A DNA stretch of 58,940 nucleotides, filler included, from Sphacelaria rigidula (lineage: Eukaryota), in the NCBI GenBank assembly GCA_964200075.2. It is 10 parts of 10 records of this genome, joined end to end, with 100 filler letters (N's around TTAATTAATTAA, not from the genome) between each part and the next. Parts side by side here need not be neighbours in the genome. Positions count along the whole stretch, not along the records: positions 1 to 5,805 come from CAXNAA020024338.1; positions 5,906 to 11,710 come from CAXNAA020024339.1; positions 11,811 to 17,614 come from CAXNAA020024340.1; 7 more parts are not named here. One strand, 5' to 3'. Under the pieces are notes generated by a model. The model worked only from the letters and a program-made list of their open reading frames with translations, searched no databases and was not told the origin of the DNA. This document shows, piece after piece, positions 1 to 12,249 of the stretch. The position numbers and the translations under genes were made by a program. The stretch's first letter is position 1, and each line of letters starts with the position of its first letter.

Positions 1-59
1 TTTTCTTTTATTTCGTCGTATTCTTCCATGGGATGGCCTGGCCGTCCGAGTGGGGTGGT

Positions 60-113
<54 letters not shown>

Positions 114-129
114 CTTTCAATGAGAAGAG

Positions 130-2000
130 TAGTCTCGATACGTGTTTTTGCAGCGCGGGGGGCACGGCTGAAGCAAACGAAGGAATGCCGAAGTCTGAAG
201 ATGCACAGAAGTCTACAGTATCGGGGACGCTAGTATGGTTTCTCCACCCATTCGATTTACGTCACACACGACGCGCGTTCAATCATTCTCTTCTGTGCAC
301 CTCACATCGGGGTCACAGGCTGGATGCCATCCGTTTATGTGAGTGATACTCCTCAGCATATGAACGATTGATGACGAACGCCTACACCAGGCAGATGGTC
401 ATGTGGAGGTGGGCAGTACACGCCTATCCATCACGTTCTCAGCGTACCGCCATGCGCTGTTGGAAGACATTACCTTATCCTGAGTGGGTGCGCAAAGGGT
501 GTTCTACGCTAGGTATGGTGGCGGTGGCGACTGGCAGGATAGTTGTGCATACCACTGCACCCACCATACGACACTAGCCAGGCGGCATGATGATAGCCAG
601 CTGTGCCTACATCAGACGCCCCTGTCACCACCTGCTAAAATAAGACAGGCCTTTGAACTAGAGGGCTGTAGAAATGCACCCCTCTAGAAAAATGGTATTA
701 CTCCCTTCATGTTCCCCTTGCCTGAAGAGTGTGAGCACTGATACCTTACATGCCCACTGGACAGATAAACGTAAAGGAGCTCACTGAGTGTGGGGCTCGG
801 AATTACTCTGATGCGTCGCCTCGATATAGCAACAAGGAATCTTGCGCATACTCTCACCAACAGGCCCCCTGCGGCACAAGCTATTGGCATGACATAAGAC
901 AGGGATTATCGACGGGCCATGCGGTGAACGTGCAGAGGTGTTGACCTTCAGGAACTTGAATAGCTGTGACCCGTGCGTTTATTTCCGACGTGATGCAGCA
1001 TAGGAGCACAGGACTTGGTGTGATTGGCACTCACTCTGCTCTGGGCGAACAGGTTTATTGCGTGGATACGCAAGGCACGAACGACCTGATCGTGTCTGCG
1101 CCGCTTCGGATGACAACACCATAGCGTGCCATACTATTTAAAGGCAGAGTTTCGCACATAACACACATGCTCAAAATGCAAGCAATCGGCGTCTCTCATA
1201 TTAGGGGTACAGCAGGAATGATGCTCAGTGCAATGAACCGGGTCTCAAAGATGAGTACACGGAGTTGTCAGGGATGGTATATATTACAAGAAAATGACGA
1301 ATTCAACAGTATTTCTCCTTGGGACTCCTGTACAATAAACCGGCATGGCGTGCTGAAGAAGGAGGCGTGTTGCCCAAAATCGAGAACGAAGCGATCATCG
1401 AATCAATTCATGGGCAGGATTTGACCTCAAAACAATATGATTTGAGCTACGTTTGGGGACACGCACACGGAAGCTGCCACCTTGAGAAAGGAGGGACAGA
1501 CGTCACCAACAGGTGGGAAACAAACTTGCGCGTGAAGGCGGACCTTCGAAAACAGCTGTAGAAACACGCAAATACGAACGTCATGACACAAACGGCAGAA
1601 AACGGCGTAGCAGATTTCACGACATGGATAGATGTGCTGGAGGTACTTGGCCGGCGGCTGAAGTGAGCTATGTAGTGGAAGTTTCAGCAAGATAATACGA
1701 ACCGAGCGAAGTTTTCGTTGCCCGGAATGTGCTCCGCAAAATATTGTTTTTTTCCCTGTATACGCACAAATACACAACTCTAACCATACCATACTACGGG
1801 AACGAAAACTCGTACGCACCGTTCACAATTGAAATCGTATCGCAAATCTCTGTCACCGTGTCGTTCGGTATCGTCAAATAGATTATGCATACTACGTCAT
1901 GCCAGGCGGTGGAAAACACATACCATACAGTGCAGATCTCGGTACAGAACCCGTGTCCCACGATGAACTTGCCTTAGAAGACGCGCGGCCAATGTACCAT
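130..2000 (+). pseudogene. Heavily degraded Cys-rich coding relic, possibly a KDZ-type transposase N-terminal region
   Basis: Broken frames carrying Cys/His motifs (YHCTHH...LCLHQ, ECGARNY...ESCAYS, HTCSKCKQSASLILG); assigned by eye only. Confidence 0.25.
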
Positions 2001-3297
2001 GTGTGGCCCAAGGTGCAAATGACATGTGAAACTGTGGTTTGATTTATCGCAATCATGATATATGTTTTTTATCCATGTCCTTGTTTTTCAGGCCGTTTCC
2101 TATGATCCGACGACTAAACAAAATGCCGGTTAGTGACGGTCTTCCAGGAACAGCAGTTCTCGAAACCGTGTTGTACAACTTCGAAAACAAATGGCGCGTA
2201 CGCCCGCCCACCGTGATACTTGAAATGATTTACTTGGTGTGCGAAACGGCGGCCGCTGTACCGTCCGTTGTCCGTATTTCTGTACTATATTGTGGCCAAT
2301 CTGCGTTGCTGCACTGCACGTACCCTGCAGAATGCTGCTGCCGGTGTGCTGCATGCACGTACCGACTATGTGCTACACCGGTGGATACTGGATGTACAGT
2401 TACACAGCGGCATTGGTTGCAATGTAGTGTTGCTGCATCGTTCACTGTGCTGTCTGTACTCGATGTGTGCAGCTGTATCCCCATATATGTTCTCCATCTG
2501 CACAGCTGGCCGCACCATGCTTGATGAAGGCGTTTTTGTGATCCCCTGCGCCGACAAACTTCGATTTCTCCAACTGGTCGTTTGTCTCAACAAGATGGAG
2601 GCGAAAAGCATCTATCAGGGGAAATCCCCGTTCGGAGACGTTCTCTCTCTCTCTGAAACGTCCCAAAGGATCGATTCGAACATCATCGGAATGAATCACA
2701 GGAAACACGTTTCTCAGGTAATGGTTTTCGGATCAGAAGAAGCGGGTTCGGAAGCGGCTGTTCAATAACTGGGTATGCGCGTGTTATGTCCTTGCATCTG
2801 ACCACGGGTCTCAGCGAGGAATATTCAAGTATCGAGTGAAAAGGAATACAAGTGCGCGAAGAAACCGTGGACGTGCAAGGGGAATTGGCTGGTGACGTGG
2901 CGGAGCTTCTGATTCGTACCTGGATGAACATCATAACCTTTGCCCGCTTTTGCGGAATGTAACTTGTTCCTGTTTCTAGGATTTCCGGCTCAGTTCAGTG
3001 ACCGTAAAATACTACAGGACGCGGTATTATTTGGTGATGAAAGGACACTCTGTTGTGCTCGGTGTGGTGTGGTGAGCCGGGCAACGCCGGTAATTTGCAA
3101 ATGATGTTCGCTATTTTCGGTGTTGGTTGGTTTCGTGTGTGTTTCTTCCTTGGTACATAAATGCCATGGTGAACACATCGTTTCCAATATTCTCGTTTCT
3201 TCCTTCAGAGCTATACTTGGGAATGCGCACACGTGACGGCTGTCGGGGTCGCAATTCACCTACTTTGTTTCCACGCCAACATGACTACAATAGTCAA

Positions 3298-4172
3298 CAT
3301 CTGAAATAGGACATATTTGTAGTTTTTTCATGGTCGGAGATATTGGAAAGTGTTTTCGCGTGCCACCGCTCATCCCAGTGAACGTTTGATCCCAAAGTTT
3401 GGAGATCGGGAGATACCAAGAATCTCCTCCGTATTCGACAACAAGATCACATTTGCGCTTATTGTTGAACGCCTCACGGGCTGACCGTTTTTCGGGGGTA
3501 GTGAGATTACCCAGCCCCAGGTTCTGACCCTGGAACTTCAATCGGTTTCAATAATAAATGAAAACAATTGCTTCTTTGAATCGTTTCACCTCAGTATTGC
3601 CCTAGAGCCGAACAATTGTTTTTTAACCCAGTGACAGTCGATTACATTCCTTGGTGAACAAGGAACTCATTCCATATCTCCCCGAAAACGCAAATTGAGG
3701 CTTGTGTTCTGAGCACGACCTGCTTCTCTTCCCACTATTTATCGCGGCACCGGGGTTGGAAGCGTCAACAAAGGGTTCTAAAACGAGAAAACTCAGAAAA
3801 GTACCCAAAATCGAAAATTGCCCAACAGGGCTCTGAATAGCTCAGATGGGGGTGAAAAAAATCCCATCACTCTCATGGAAATGATTTTACGGGCTCTTAT
3901 TTTTCTTTCTCACCTGTTCGTTGCGCCAGGGACTGAAAACGACTGCGTTTTGGGCCAAAAATGATCATCAACATTCCCTCTCGACTGAGTTCGGAAGTCG
4001 TGGAATGTAGCACAGAGACGACTTTTGTTTCGGAATGTGTAACGGATGCCTAGTAGTATCTCCCGACTCTCAAACGGTGGGATCAACCGCTCGCTGGGAT
4101 GAGCGGTAGTACGTGATAAAAGCATCGAAACTCGCCGACTGCGAAGACATTACAAATCTCTCATTTCAAATG
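3298..4172. mobile_element. Old foldback or non-autonomous element with ~135-bp diverged inverted arms
   Basis: Reverse complement of 3298-3433 aligns to 4042-4172 (GTATCTCCCGA, TGGGATCAA, CTGGGATGAGCGGT, TACAAAT). Confidence 0.6.
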
Positions 4173-4179
4173 AGAACCA

Positions 4180-5165
4180 ATATACATACGGTACAGTACA
4201 GTACCGTTGCACGGTGGGAATGTCGATAACGATGGTTTTCCGCTGTAGATTACCGAAATGTTTGATTCCATAGGGACCACAAACACTTCACACGCCAGAA
4301 GCGTCTGTAAATTTCCACCACATGCTTAAAGTTGATATCGAAGACAGCACATTCCGGGTCTCGACAACACATATTGGTATGAGCTCCAGTTCGGAGCATT
4401 GTAGCCGCAGTATATGTGTACATAATCGAGGTGAAGTGGGTTCATACCGACATATGCACGGCACGAGGTTGCTCCCCGATCATGTTTCATCATGTGTGGC
4501 GATGGATATATCCACGTGTAGCTAGCTAGCCACACGTCTTATAAAGAATGTAAAAGCCGTTGTTGCGACAATCGAGGCCGAACACGAACCATGTGAGGGG
4601 TATTGGCATCATGATATGTACTTTTGTACACAGGAGGTGCATACCTATTATAGTAATACATCTTCGAAACTGTTTGCAGATACGCCGAAAAAAAAACATT
4701 GATCGCCATTATTGGATTTCAACTGAGGAGGTTACCCGCCGAAATATCAACGACCACGGCATAAACCACGACAACGTTTAACCTGTCTGCAGATCCGGTG
4801 ACAAAAATGTTCGCCGCAGCTCGCTCACAAGTAGGGAGTCGGGACACGTATGATGCTTCAAGTTTGCTCCAGTTGATTAGAGGTGAGGAGGTCACGTACT
4901 GTAGTTGGAAGTCCGATACAGTTGCCTGCTGCACGTACTTGGCGAGTGCCACTGAGTACTTGTTGGGGGTCGACGTATACATGACTGTTGTATCTCCCCA
5001 TCACATCATCCTTGAACCGGCACCAACATGTTGGACCAGCGACCACTGGAAGGACGAACACATCTCCGAATCTGCCTGAAAATATGGCAGACGAATATGT
5101 TGCACTTCACCATCAACGACAACTGCAACAACCGCCACATCTACGAACCTATCAGCAGCTCTAGC
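4180..5165 (-). pseudogene. Degraded Cys-rich relic, possibly CxC/KDZ-associated
   Basis: Frameshifted pieces KVHIMMPIPLTW, YCGYNAPNW, CRDPECAVFDINFKHVVEIYRRFWRVKCLWS. Confidence 0.25.
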
Positions 5166-5805
5166 TGACACAAACATCGCTTTCGTTCATAAACAGTCGG
5201 TACATTGTACACTAGTGTTTAGATTCGTCCCAGGCTGTTTCCAAGCGATCAATTTTGGCGCATGATTTAAAAACCCATAATATGCGTGCTGCTACGCTCC
5301 AAGATATATCTCGGCACTGGGGCACCAAAAACCCACCGGGCCTGGAGGTTCACCGCCTACTCTCTTTGGGGGCGACGGTTGAGCTTAGCCTTGGAAATAA
5401 TAATTTTCCTCGAAGCTAGCATACCCACCGTACTCGTCCTGCGAATATTTGCTTCTTGTCGACGGTCAAGGTGAAGAGTTGAAAAATATTATATATATAT
5501 ATATATATGCTTCAGGAAGCACACGGGGTGTCTAGAGCGCTGAAAAAACGAAACAACGGAAAACGACCGACGTCCTTCCTCCCCCGGTGGTTCGATTACG
5601 AAAACCGGAAGCGAGTAAAAGAAGTAGACGATATAGGGAGTCGAGCACAGGTGTCCGCCAAAACCAATGACAAAAATAAAAACTCCACGTTTGGTTTGAT
5701 CTCTCCAGTCACCAGTCGGTAATGGATTCAAAAGACGAGAACAACTGTGCAAAACAGCCGATCATCTATGTTGAGGATGGTGCTTTTCATTGAGGATGAG
5801 AACCC

Positions 5806-5905
5806 NNNNNNNNNNNNNNNNNNNNNNNNNNNNNNNNNNNNNNNNNNNNTTAATTAATTAANNNNNNNNNNNNNNNNNNNNNNNNNNNNNNNNNNNNNNN
5901 NNNNN
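5806..5905. other. Artificial contig linker (44N-TTAATTAATTAA-44N); also at 11711, 17615, 23519, 29423, 35327, 41231, 47135 and 53038
   Basis: Nine identical 100-nt spacers with stops in all six frames; the contigs between them measure 5805, 5805, 5804 (x6), 5803, 5803 bp. Confidence 0.98.
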
Positions 5906-5933
5906 GGGGGGCGGGGGGGGGGGGGGGGGGGGG

Positions 5934-5955
5934 GGAGGACGACGACGAAGAGGAG

Positions 5956-5987
<32 letters not shown>

Positions 5988-6061
5988 TGATGAGGATGAT
6001 GAAGATGGTGACGCTGGAGATAATGACGATGGTGAAAGAATCCTGATTGATGAGCAATCAA
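5934..6061 (+). repeat. (GAC/GAT)n tract, possibly an acidic Asp/Glu-rich exon fragment
   Basis: Reads EDDDEEEDDD...GERILIDEQS and is followed by a GT donor-like site; lies at the contig edge. Confidence 0.4.
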
Positions 6062-6480
6062 GTACGATCGTTTTTGTTTGTCCGAGAAAAGACAACGGCG
6101 TTCCCGTGTTTTTTCGTCGCAGGCGCAGGTCGACAACAATTTCCGACCCTCAAGGGGCAGAGGCACCCGGTGGCCGAATAGTACAGCTGACACCATTGCG
6201 GCGGGAAAAACGCACATTCAACTCCCGCCAGGTGCGTCTAGTTAACCATTTCTCAATCGTATCTGACATCCGTCATTGAAAGCGGGAGGACGTACGTGAG
6301 GACATACGTGAGTAGCAAAAAAGAGTGTCTGGCTGCGTTTGTTGGACGACAGTCGACGCGGCGAGGGAGTGCTGATGGTCATGATCCAACCCGCGACACC
6401 AAAATGTACGGCATGTACCGGGGGCGAGATAAGCTGGTCCCTTGAGACGCTTGAGACTACAGACTCCTCCCGAGGAAGGG

Positions 6481-6603
6481 GGGTGTACTCATCATCATGC
6501 ATGCCATAGTCATGAGACCATTGGGAGGGGGGGGGGCGTACTAATTTGTTGCTTGCCTTAGTCGTTTGTTCATTGACCACGCATCCCTTTCGCGACGGAG
6601 CAT
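6481..6603 (+). repeat. Two adjacent copies of a ~65-75 bp dispersed element; relatives at 11811-11858 (+), 29578-29636 (-), 31177-31212 (-), 33163-33230 (+)
   Basis: Shared core GTACTCAT..TGC.TGCC.TAGTC-NNNN-GACCATTGACC.CGCATCCC found in three independent contigs. Confidence 0.8.
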
Positions 6604-7738
6604 GGGGGCGGGCTGGCCGGGGGTGGGGGAGCGCGGCCGGGGGGGGGGGGGGAGGTTGCGGGCGACGCAGGGAGGCGGGATTGTAGTGCTCAAGAGTTGC
6701 ACTCATCACAACGAAAGCTTCGATGGAATCGAATAACAACGTTTTCGTGAGGTTGAGAGCAGAGGATACGACTTGAGAGTGAAAAGCGGTCAATTAGTGA
6801 ATGAGTCGTTTCAGTTCCGAAATGCCCCTCCACGAGGGGGGAGGGGGAGGGGGGGCGAAAGTGAGAAAACACCAAGAAATGGGGAACACTAGCGCTAAAT
6901 TGGCCCATTTCTACCTTCTTCGCATTTTCACACTCATGCCCTGCAACTCCATCACCGAAATTACAAATTCGATGGAAGCCTACAGGCTCCGGGAATGTCG
7001 AATGCTCGGTACCATTGAAATGTGAGTCAGGCACAGGGGAAAAGATGGATTAATCCCCTGAGAGAGACTGCGGACTTTTTCCGAGGACGGGAGCGATTGG
7101 CGATATGACGGGAGGGGGAAGAATCATTAAACCCTTCCGAAAATATGTCGCTTGCCATCAGCGCCAACGCTCAGCCGATAAGTTCGCGCAAGGAGGCTGC
7201 ATGCGTCACCCCCTGCGTCGTGCGCGGGGTATAGTAGATTGTGTCAGTCCAGAAATGCTCAATCTCTTTTTGGGAGGAAGCATAGGCAGAGAGCATTTGC
7301 GTTGGAAGTTAAGAGGCTGATTGCGTACAAGGCAAGGTCTCACATAGTCGTCTTCGACGTAGTTCACAGCTCCCACATGACCATATGTGACACTGATCAG
7401 GGACATGGGCTCTTGAAAATGGACACGTGTACCGTCGGGTCTGTGTGGGGGCCTTCACACGAACCAGTTGAGCCAAACTGTATCGTGTGTTTGACAAGCC
7501 GTGGCACTGTATACATGCCAAAGTCTCCCTTAGCTGTAGCCTCAAACTAGGATGACTTTAATACTATGATTCATATACTTCTACTGACGGATTGACTCCC
7601 TCATTGAAGGCCTTAAAACCGCTCAACACCCTCTCGCAGTGAAACCTACACCCTTACCCTCTGCCCCACGAATTGTACGTACATATCACTGCGGACTTTG
7701 TACTTGGCAAGAGTAGTCATTCGTACACCGGAAACCCA

Positions 7739-7800
7739 AGTACAAAAAGCTAACAATGAGTACAAAAAGCTAACAATGAGTACAAAAAGCTAACAATGAG
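7739..7800 (+). repeat. 20-bp minisatellite x3 (AGTACAAAAAGCTAACAATG)
   Basis: Three exact tandem copies. Confidence 0.95.
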
Positions 7801-7882
7801 ACACTCGCCAGAGGAGAAACTACGTCGTAGTTACAGGATAACAGATGAAAAATGAATGAACTCAGGCTAACCACCGGGCCCC

Positions 7883-8063
7883 CTAATTCCATTGATGCTC
7901 CCGACGTCTAAACCCCTTGAGCGCACCCCGCTGCTGCAGCTCCGTAACGATGTCCATGCTCTTCAAGCCAATTTGTCGAGGACCCTTCCTGAAGATGCCG
8001 TGACGGTCGGTGTCGACGTGTCTCAATGTCCGGCGCAGGTGCACCGCGGCCTGAACCTTACCC
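7883..8063 (-). CDS. Unknown protein, terminal exon (GKVQAAVHLRRTLRH...EHQWN*)
   Basis: CAG acceptor; phase matches the upstream exon 9383-9561; ends in TAG. Confidence 0.7.
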
Positions 8064-8930
8064 CTGTTTCGTGAGCATCCGTTTCAAACGTGCATACACA
8101 AAAATGGGTCGTTTTCTAAGTTGACGCGTCTGCTTTATAGAAATTCAGCAACAGAAGCAGCAGCAGCAGCAGCAGCAACAACAACAGTAGCAGCAGCATG
8201 AATAACAGTAGAAAATCGATGCATTTATGAGCTATTTGTCTCACATTATGAAACGGATCTAACCGCCACGAATATCTCCACGCCGTAGTTGGCGAGATTG
8301 ACGTCGACAAGATTAATTACACCGGAATACTCGCTAGAACGGGAGCACACCAGCAGGACAACAGTAGAGTTTGTGTGGGGTGTTCAATGAAAATTCATGC
8401 TTGAACAATCACTTGGTTTTGGTATTATATTCAAGGTGTCGTCGGAGTTTATAATCCCAGGCACTGTGAAACGCGCGGAGGATGCGTTTTTACTCAAACC
8501 GGCGCCGTTGGAGCTCAGCCGATGCACAGTTTGCAAAGGCACGGTGTGTGCCCCTCTTGCCCGCAGGTTCTGGGTATGCTTTGAGTTAGGGGTACGGTTG
8601 GCGTTGTGATCGGGGGTTAGGGTTCAACCAAAACGATTATGCGTCAACCATGCGTCATGGCGAGAAACTCGCTTAAACGTACCTCAAGGAAAAGGACCCA
8701 AAGAGGCATTCGAAATGTTGTTATCAAAAATGCCGAACGAAATGAACCGAAATCGACCCTAGACTAAGCAAGGTAAGAGGCCCCGCCAGGACTCTACACG
8801 GGAGGTCTTACAACAAACAACGCCATGGGCACAGGTTGCGACCGAGCTAAGCTATATCCAGAAATCGCATCATCATTTGGAAGGAAATCTGAAGCCCTGA
8901 ACGTGAAGAAAGGGACACAAAAACTTGCAG

Positions 8931-9168
8931 GTGCGTACGTTGAAATTCGACTTCATGGTCGACGAGGGAAAGGGACCGCTGAACCCCTCTCGCGATAAAA
9001 TATAAGGCAAGCATCGCAGAAGGAAGGTGGGGTACTAAAACGAGAAAAAGAAATAAAAACCCCTGTGTTCGTTGACGTTCCTTCTGTGTAACCCCGGCTG
9101 ATGCGCCCACACATCTACCGAAAGGCGTAGCTGGCGTCCGGAATAGATAATATGAAAACACATCACAC
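8931..9168 (+). mobile_element. 5'-truncated copy of the tRNA-derived SINE family (intronic)
   Basis: Matches the body of 28705-29072 (GGTCGACGAGGGAAAGGGAC, GCAGAAGGAAGGTGGG, TGTGTAACCCCGGCTG). Confidence 0.8.
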
Positions 9169-9382
9169 TACGACGTACGGCACACGGGGGGTGGAAATAG
9201 CAACAGAACAGAACAGCAACAAACAAACAACAGGTGACAAGAGACGAGACAGAGACAGACAGACAGACAGACAGACAGAGAGCTGCAACAATACAGTCTG
9301 CATACACAAAGCGCTCGACGGCAGCTGTTGTAGCTTGCTAACTCGGTCCACCTCGCCTTCCACATTCCTCTTTCTGTTTTAC

Positions 9383-9561
9383 CTGATATATTCCCGTTTG
9401 GCTTTGGCATGCTCCACCTTGATTGCATCATGGAGCTCTTTGCTCGACGGATGGCGTCGGTGCGTGTCCGTTCCCCCGCTGTGGCACCACGGCACCGGTA
9501 CGGTTCGGACGATATTTTCGGAGCGCCGCCCCGCAGTCGAACTGGTTTGACCCAGAAATTC
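9383..9561 (-). CDS. Unknown protein, internal exon (EFLGQTSS...VPVPWCHSGGTDTH...REYIR)
   Basis: CAG acceptor and GTAAAA donor; open frame, in phase with both neighbouring exons. Confidence 0.75.
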
Positions 9562-9615
9562 CTGGGTATACAAGGTGCATGATAGATATTATACGAGCTT
9601 GGCGTTAACACTTTG

Positions 9616-9698
<83 letters not shown>

Positions 9699-9705
9699 TG
9701 CGTGT
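9616..9705. repeat. (GT)n/(GCGT)n microsatellite
   Basis: Directly visible. Confidence 0.97.
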
Positions 9706-9748
9706 TTGTTTGTTTTTCGTCCCCAGAGGACAGGAAAACATCTTTCAC

Positions 9749-9927
9749 CATGCGCTTCGCTGTTTCTAGTTTCGTGCTGCGCTTCGAGTCGCTCCATCCG
9801 CCAGGCATGTCCAACCCAGAGGGCAGACATGTCTGGCGAATGTACGGGTAGGCACCAAGGTGGGAATGCCCCCCCACCCAGGTAGTCTCGGACTTGGGAC
9901 GAGGGTATCCCTCACCGAGCAAACCTC
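9749..9927 (-). CDS. Unknown protein, internal exon (GLLGEGYPRPKSE...LETAKRM)
   Basis: TAG acceptor and GTGAAA donor; joins the next exon in frame (KRM|EFL). Confidence 0.72.
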
Positions 9928-10006
9928 CTACAATCTCCCCCAGCTCGACGCTCGACTCTGTACACGAGTCACCTTACCCATCCGGGCTGATTTTTTAGTC
10001 CATTAA

Positions 10007-10124
10007 CCCTTTGAAAACCCAGTGCTGATTTTTGTTTTTCTGAATCGGCATCGTTTTCAGTCATTTTCGAGTCGAAATGACGCCGATTTACAACAACAAA
10101 AATCGGCACTGGGTTCCAAAAGGG
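10007..10124. mobile_element. piggyBac-like MITE, 118 bp
   Basis: TTAA on both flanks (10003-10006, 10125-10128), CCCTT...AAGGG termini, ~50-bp imperfect inverted arms. Confidence 0.85.
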
Positions 10125-10262
10125 TTAAACGTGAGAACAGTATGCTCCGGCAGAAGACCTGAGACGGCGGGCACTGTCATGCCCCAAAAGTAGAGTCTCG
10201 TTTCATGGGTTTAGTGTGAAGTACACACGGGTTGATTATCCTAGAGAAAGACAGCATCTCGC

Positions 10263-10371
10263 CCGGGGCCAGAGGGCTAGCAAGCTGATAGTCGTGGGAG
10301 ATGACCGTCGTGGATGTTGTCTGCGGACCGGAATTGCGGAAGCCCGGGAACGTCAAGAACGTGCTCTCCAC
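10263..10371 (-). CDS. Possible upstream exon of the unknown gene, using a GC donor; 5' boundary uncertain
   Basis: Frame ...DYQLASPLAP-G|GCGAG is phase-compatible with the exon starting at 9927. Confidence 0.4.
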
Positions 10372-12249
10372 AACAATAGTGTATGTACATAAATGCTTAT
10401 AGCTTTTTGTGTGACGTTATTCACAAATTATCAACAATTGGCGTGGAGACTTGATGCTTAGAGGAAACCACTCCTGTCTATTTCTGGTTTTGAGTGGACT
10501 CTGATGTTGTATGGTCTTCGTACCTGAAGCTATGCGGAAGGAGTTCGTCATTCTCTGTGCTATTGTTGTTGCGGTTGTTGTTGTTGTTGTTGTTGTTGTT
10601 TAGCACCGGGACTGGGTCTATCTTGGATTTACTCATTTTTCCTCCCCCTTTCACTTTTTGTGAGCGTCTGAGTATGTGTTTAAGTTTTCTGTTTTTTTCT
10701 TGCGTTTCTCGTTTTTCAGTTTGCTCTGTTCTCTTTCTCTCTTTATATATACATAAATACTTCCTTCAACACATGATTAAAGTCGGTTTGATTTACACAG
10801 GCCCTCAACCTTGTCTGATGCCGTTAGCGATGATACTTTTGAAATCCTCGTCATTTTTTTAGTTGAACCCCGCTTTTCTTTTTCTTTTATGCACGGCCTC
10901 CTGCATGGACCAGCGGCCGGAACTGAAGCAGTCGGCCCAAAAATGGTCGTTTTCCCCCATTCCCGGAGAAGGGGGGGGGGGGGGGAATCAAAACCCGGAA
11001 AAATGGCGAAAGACGCAAGAATATGCAAAAATGGCTTTTAGTTTTTGCTTCATTTTTGATAGGGCGATACCTTCGCCTCGTCTGAAAGCATGTCATCATG
11101 TTGTCAGCTACGTCTAAACTAAAAAATGGTAACTTTCGTCAAAATTCGACCGAAAACAGTACAAATTGGTCGAAATCGACCTGAATTTGGTCAAATTTTT
11201 AACCCACAATTTTCCCGTGATACCAACTTCGTTTTTTCTTTTTCTTTTCAGGAGCATCTCCGTGACTGCATCGTTCCAAAAAATCTAAACATAGCATCAC
11301 ACACCCTCACGTTCAAACTATATTATTCGCGCCCCATAACCGACACTTCTCATGTGTCGGAAGTACTGTATGAATTTTCGTTTTCCTCATTTCGCGAGTT
11401 TCCTTTGTAAAGTGCTCCTGAGTGTATCTACTTCGGATACGTCTATCTGATGACCACGGCTAGATTCCCATGAATCACTTAATGTGGGGCATTCAATCAA
11501 CCTCTCGACAGATCGGTTTCCAGTGGGAGCTTGTACAGAACATGGATAGCCTTTTTTTCGCACTTTGCCCGTCTACTTTAATGATACAGCTCGTATTTAT
11601 TCTCGTTGATAACCTTGTTTAACTCAACCAGGTGTGAGGAGGCCAGCCGACTGCGTGCGATTAGACGGGAGACCAACGAAACCCAAATAGCACGGCAATG
11701 ACGACGATCCNNNNNNNNNNNNNNNNNNNNNNNNNNNNNNNNNNNNNNNNNNNNTTAATTAATTAANNNNNNNNNNNNNNNNNNNNNNNNNNNNNNNNNN
11801 NNNNNNNNNNCTTAGTCGTTTGACCATTGACCACGCATCCCTTTCGAGACGGAGCACCGTTCCTACTCCTAATAGAGAGGGGGGGGTATCGTAAAAAGAC
11901 TCTCAACCTGATGATGTCATTGGGCAATACGGGGAAGCGAAGAAGACTAAGAATGGGGTATGCATGCTGAAATTCCTTGAGAGTAACGAGATGAAGACAC
12001 TCAACGACAAAACACGACATACAGAGGCGCGATGGACATGGACAAGACAATGCGAAGAGAAACAGACAGAAAGTCTCTGAAGGAGGCCACAACTTCAAAA
12101 CAAGGCGAAACAAAAAATGAAAGACAACCAAGAGGACAGAACCAACGTGACAAGAAATATAAACCGAAGTTCGAAAAACCAACATTTGGACCGTTTTCTC
12201 GCAGTTAGAAAAGAGAGGATCTGGAGAAATGAGGTTGAACAAAAATATG

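Noticed and set aside
33..346. Gly-rich ORFs over poly-G, and similar ORFs over (GT)n, (GA)n and (GTT)n tracts
   Set aside because: Low-complexity artefacts; poly-G at contig ends may be sequencing noise.
5850..5861. Regularly spaced TTAATTAATTAA motif
   Set aside because: Synthetic six-frame stop linker embedded in N runs.
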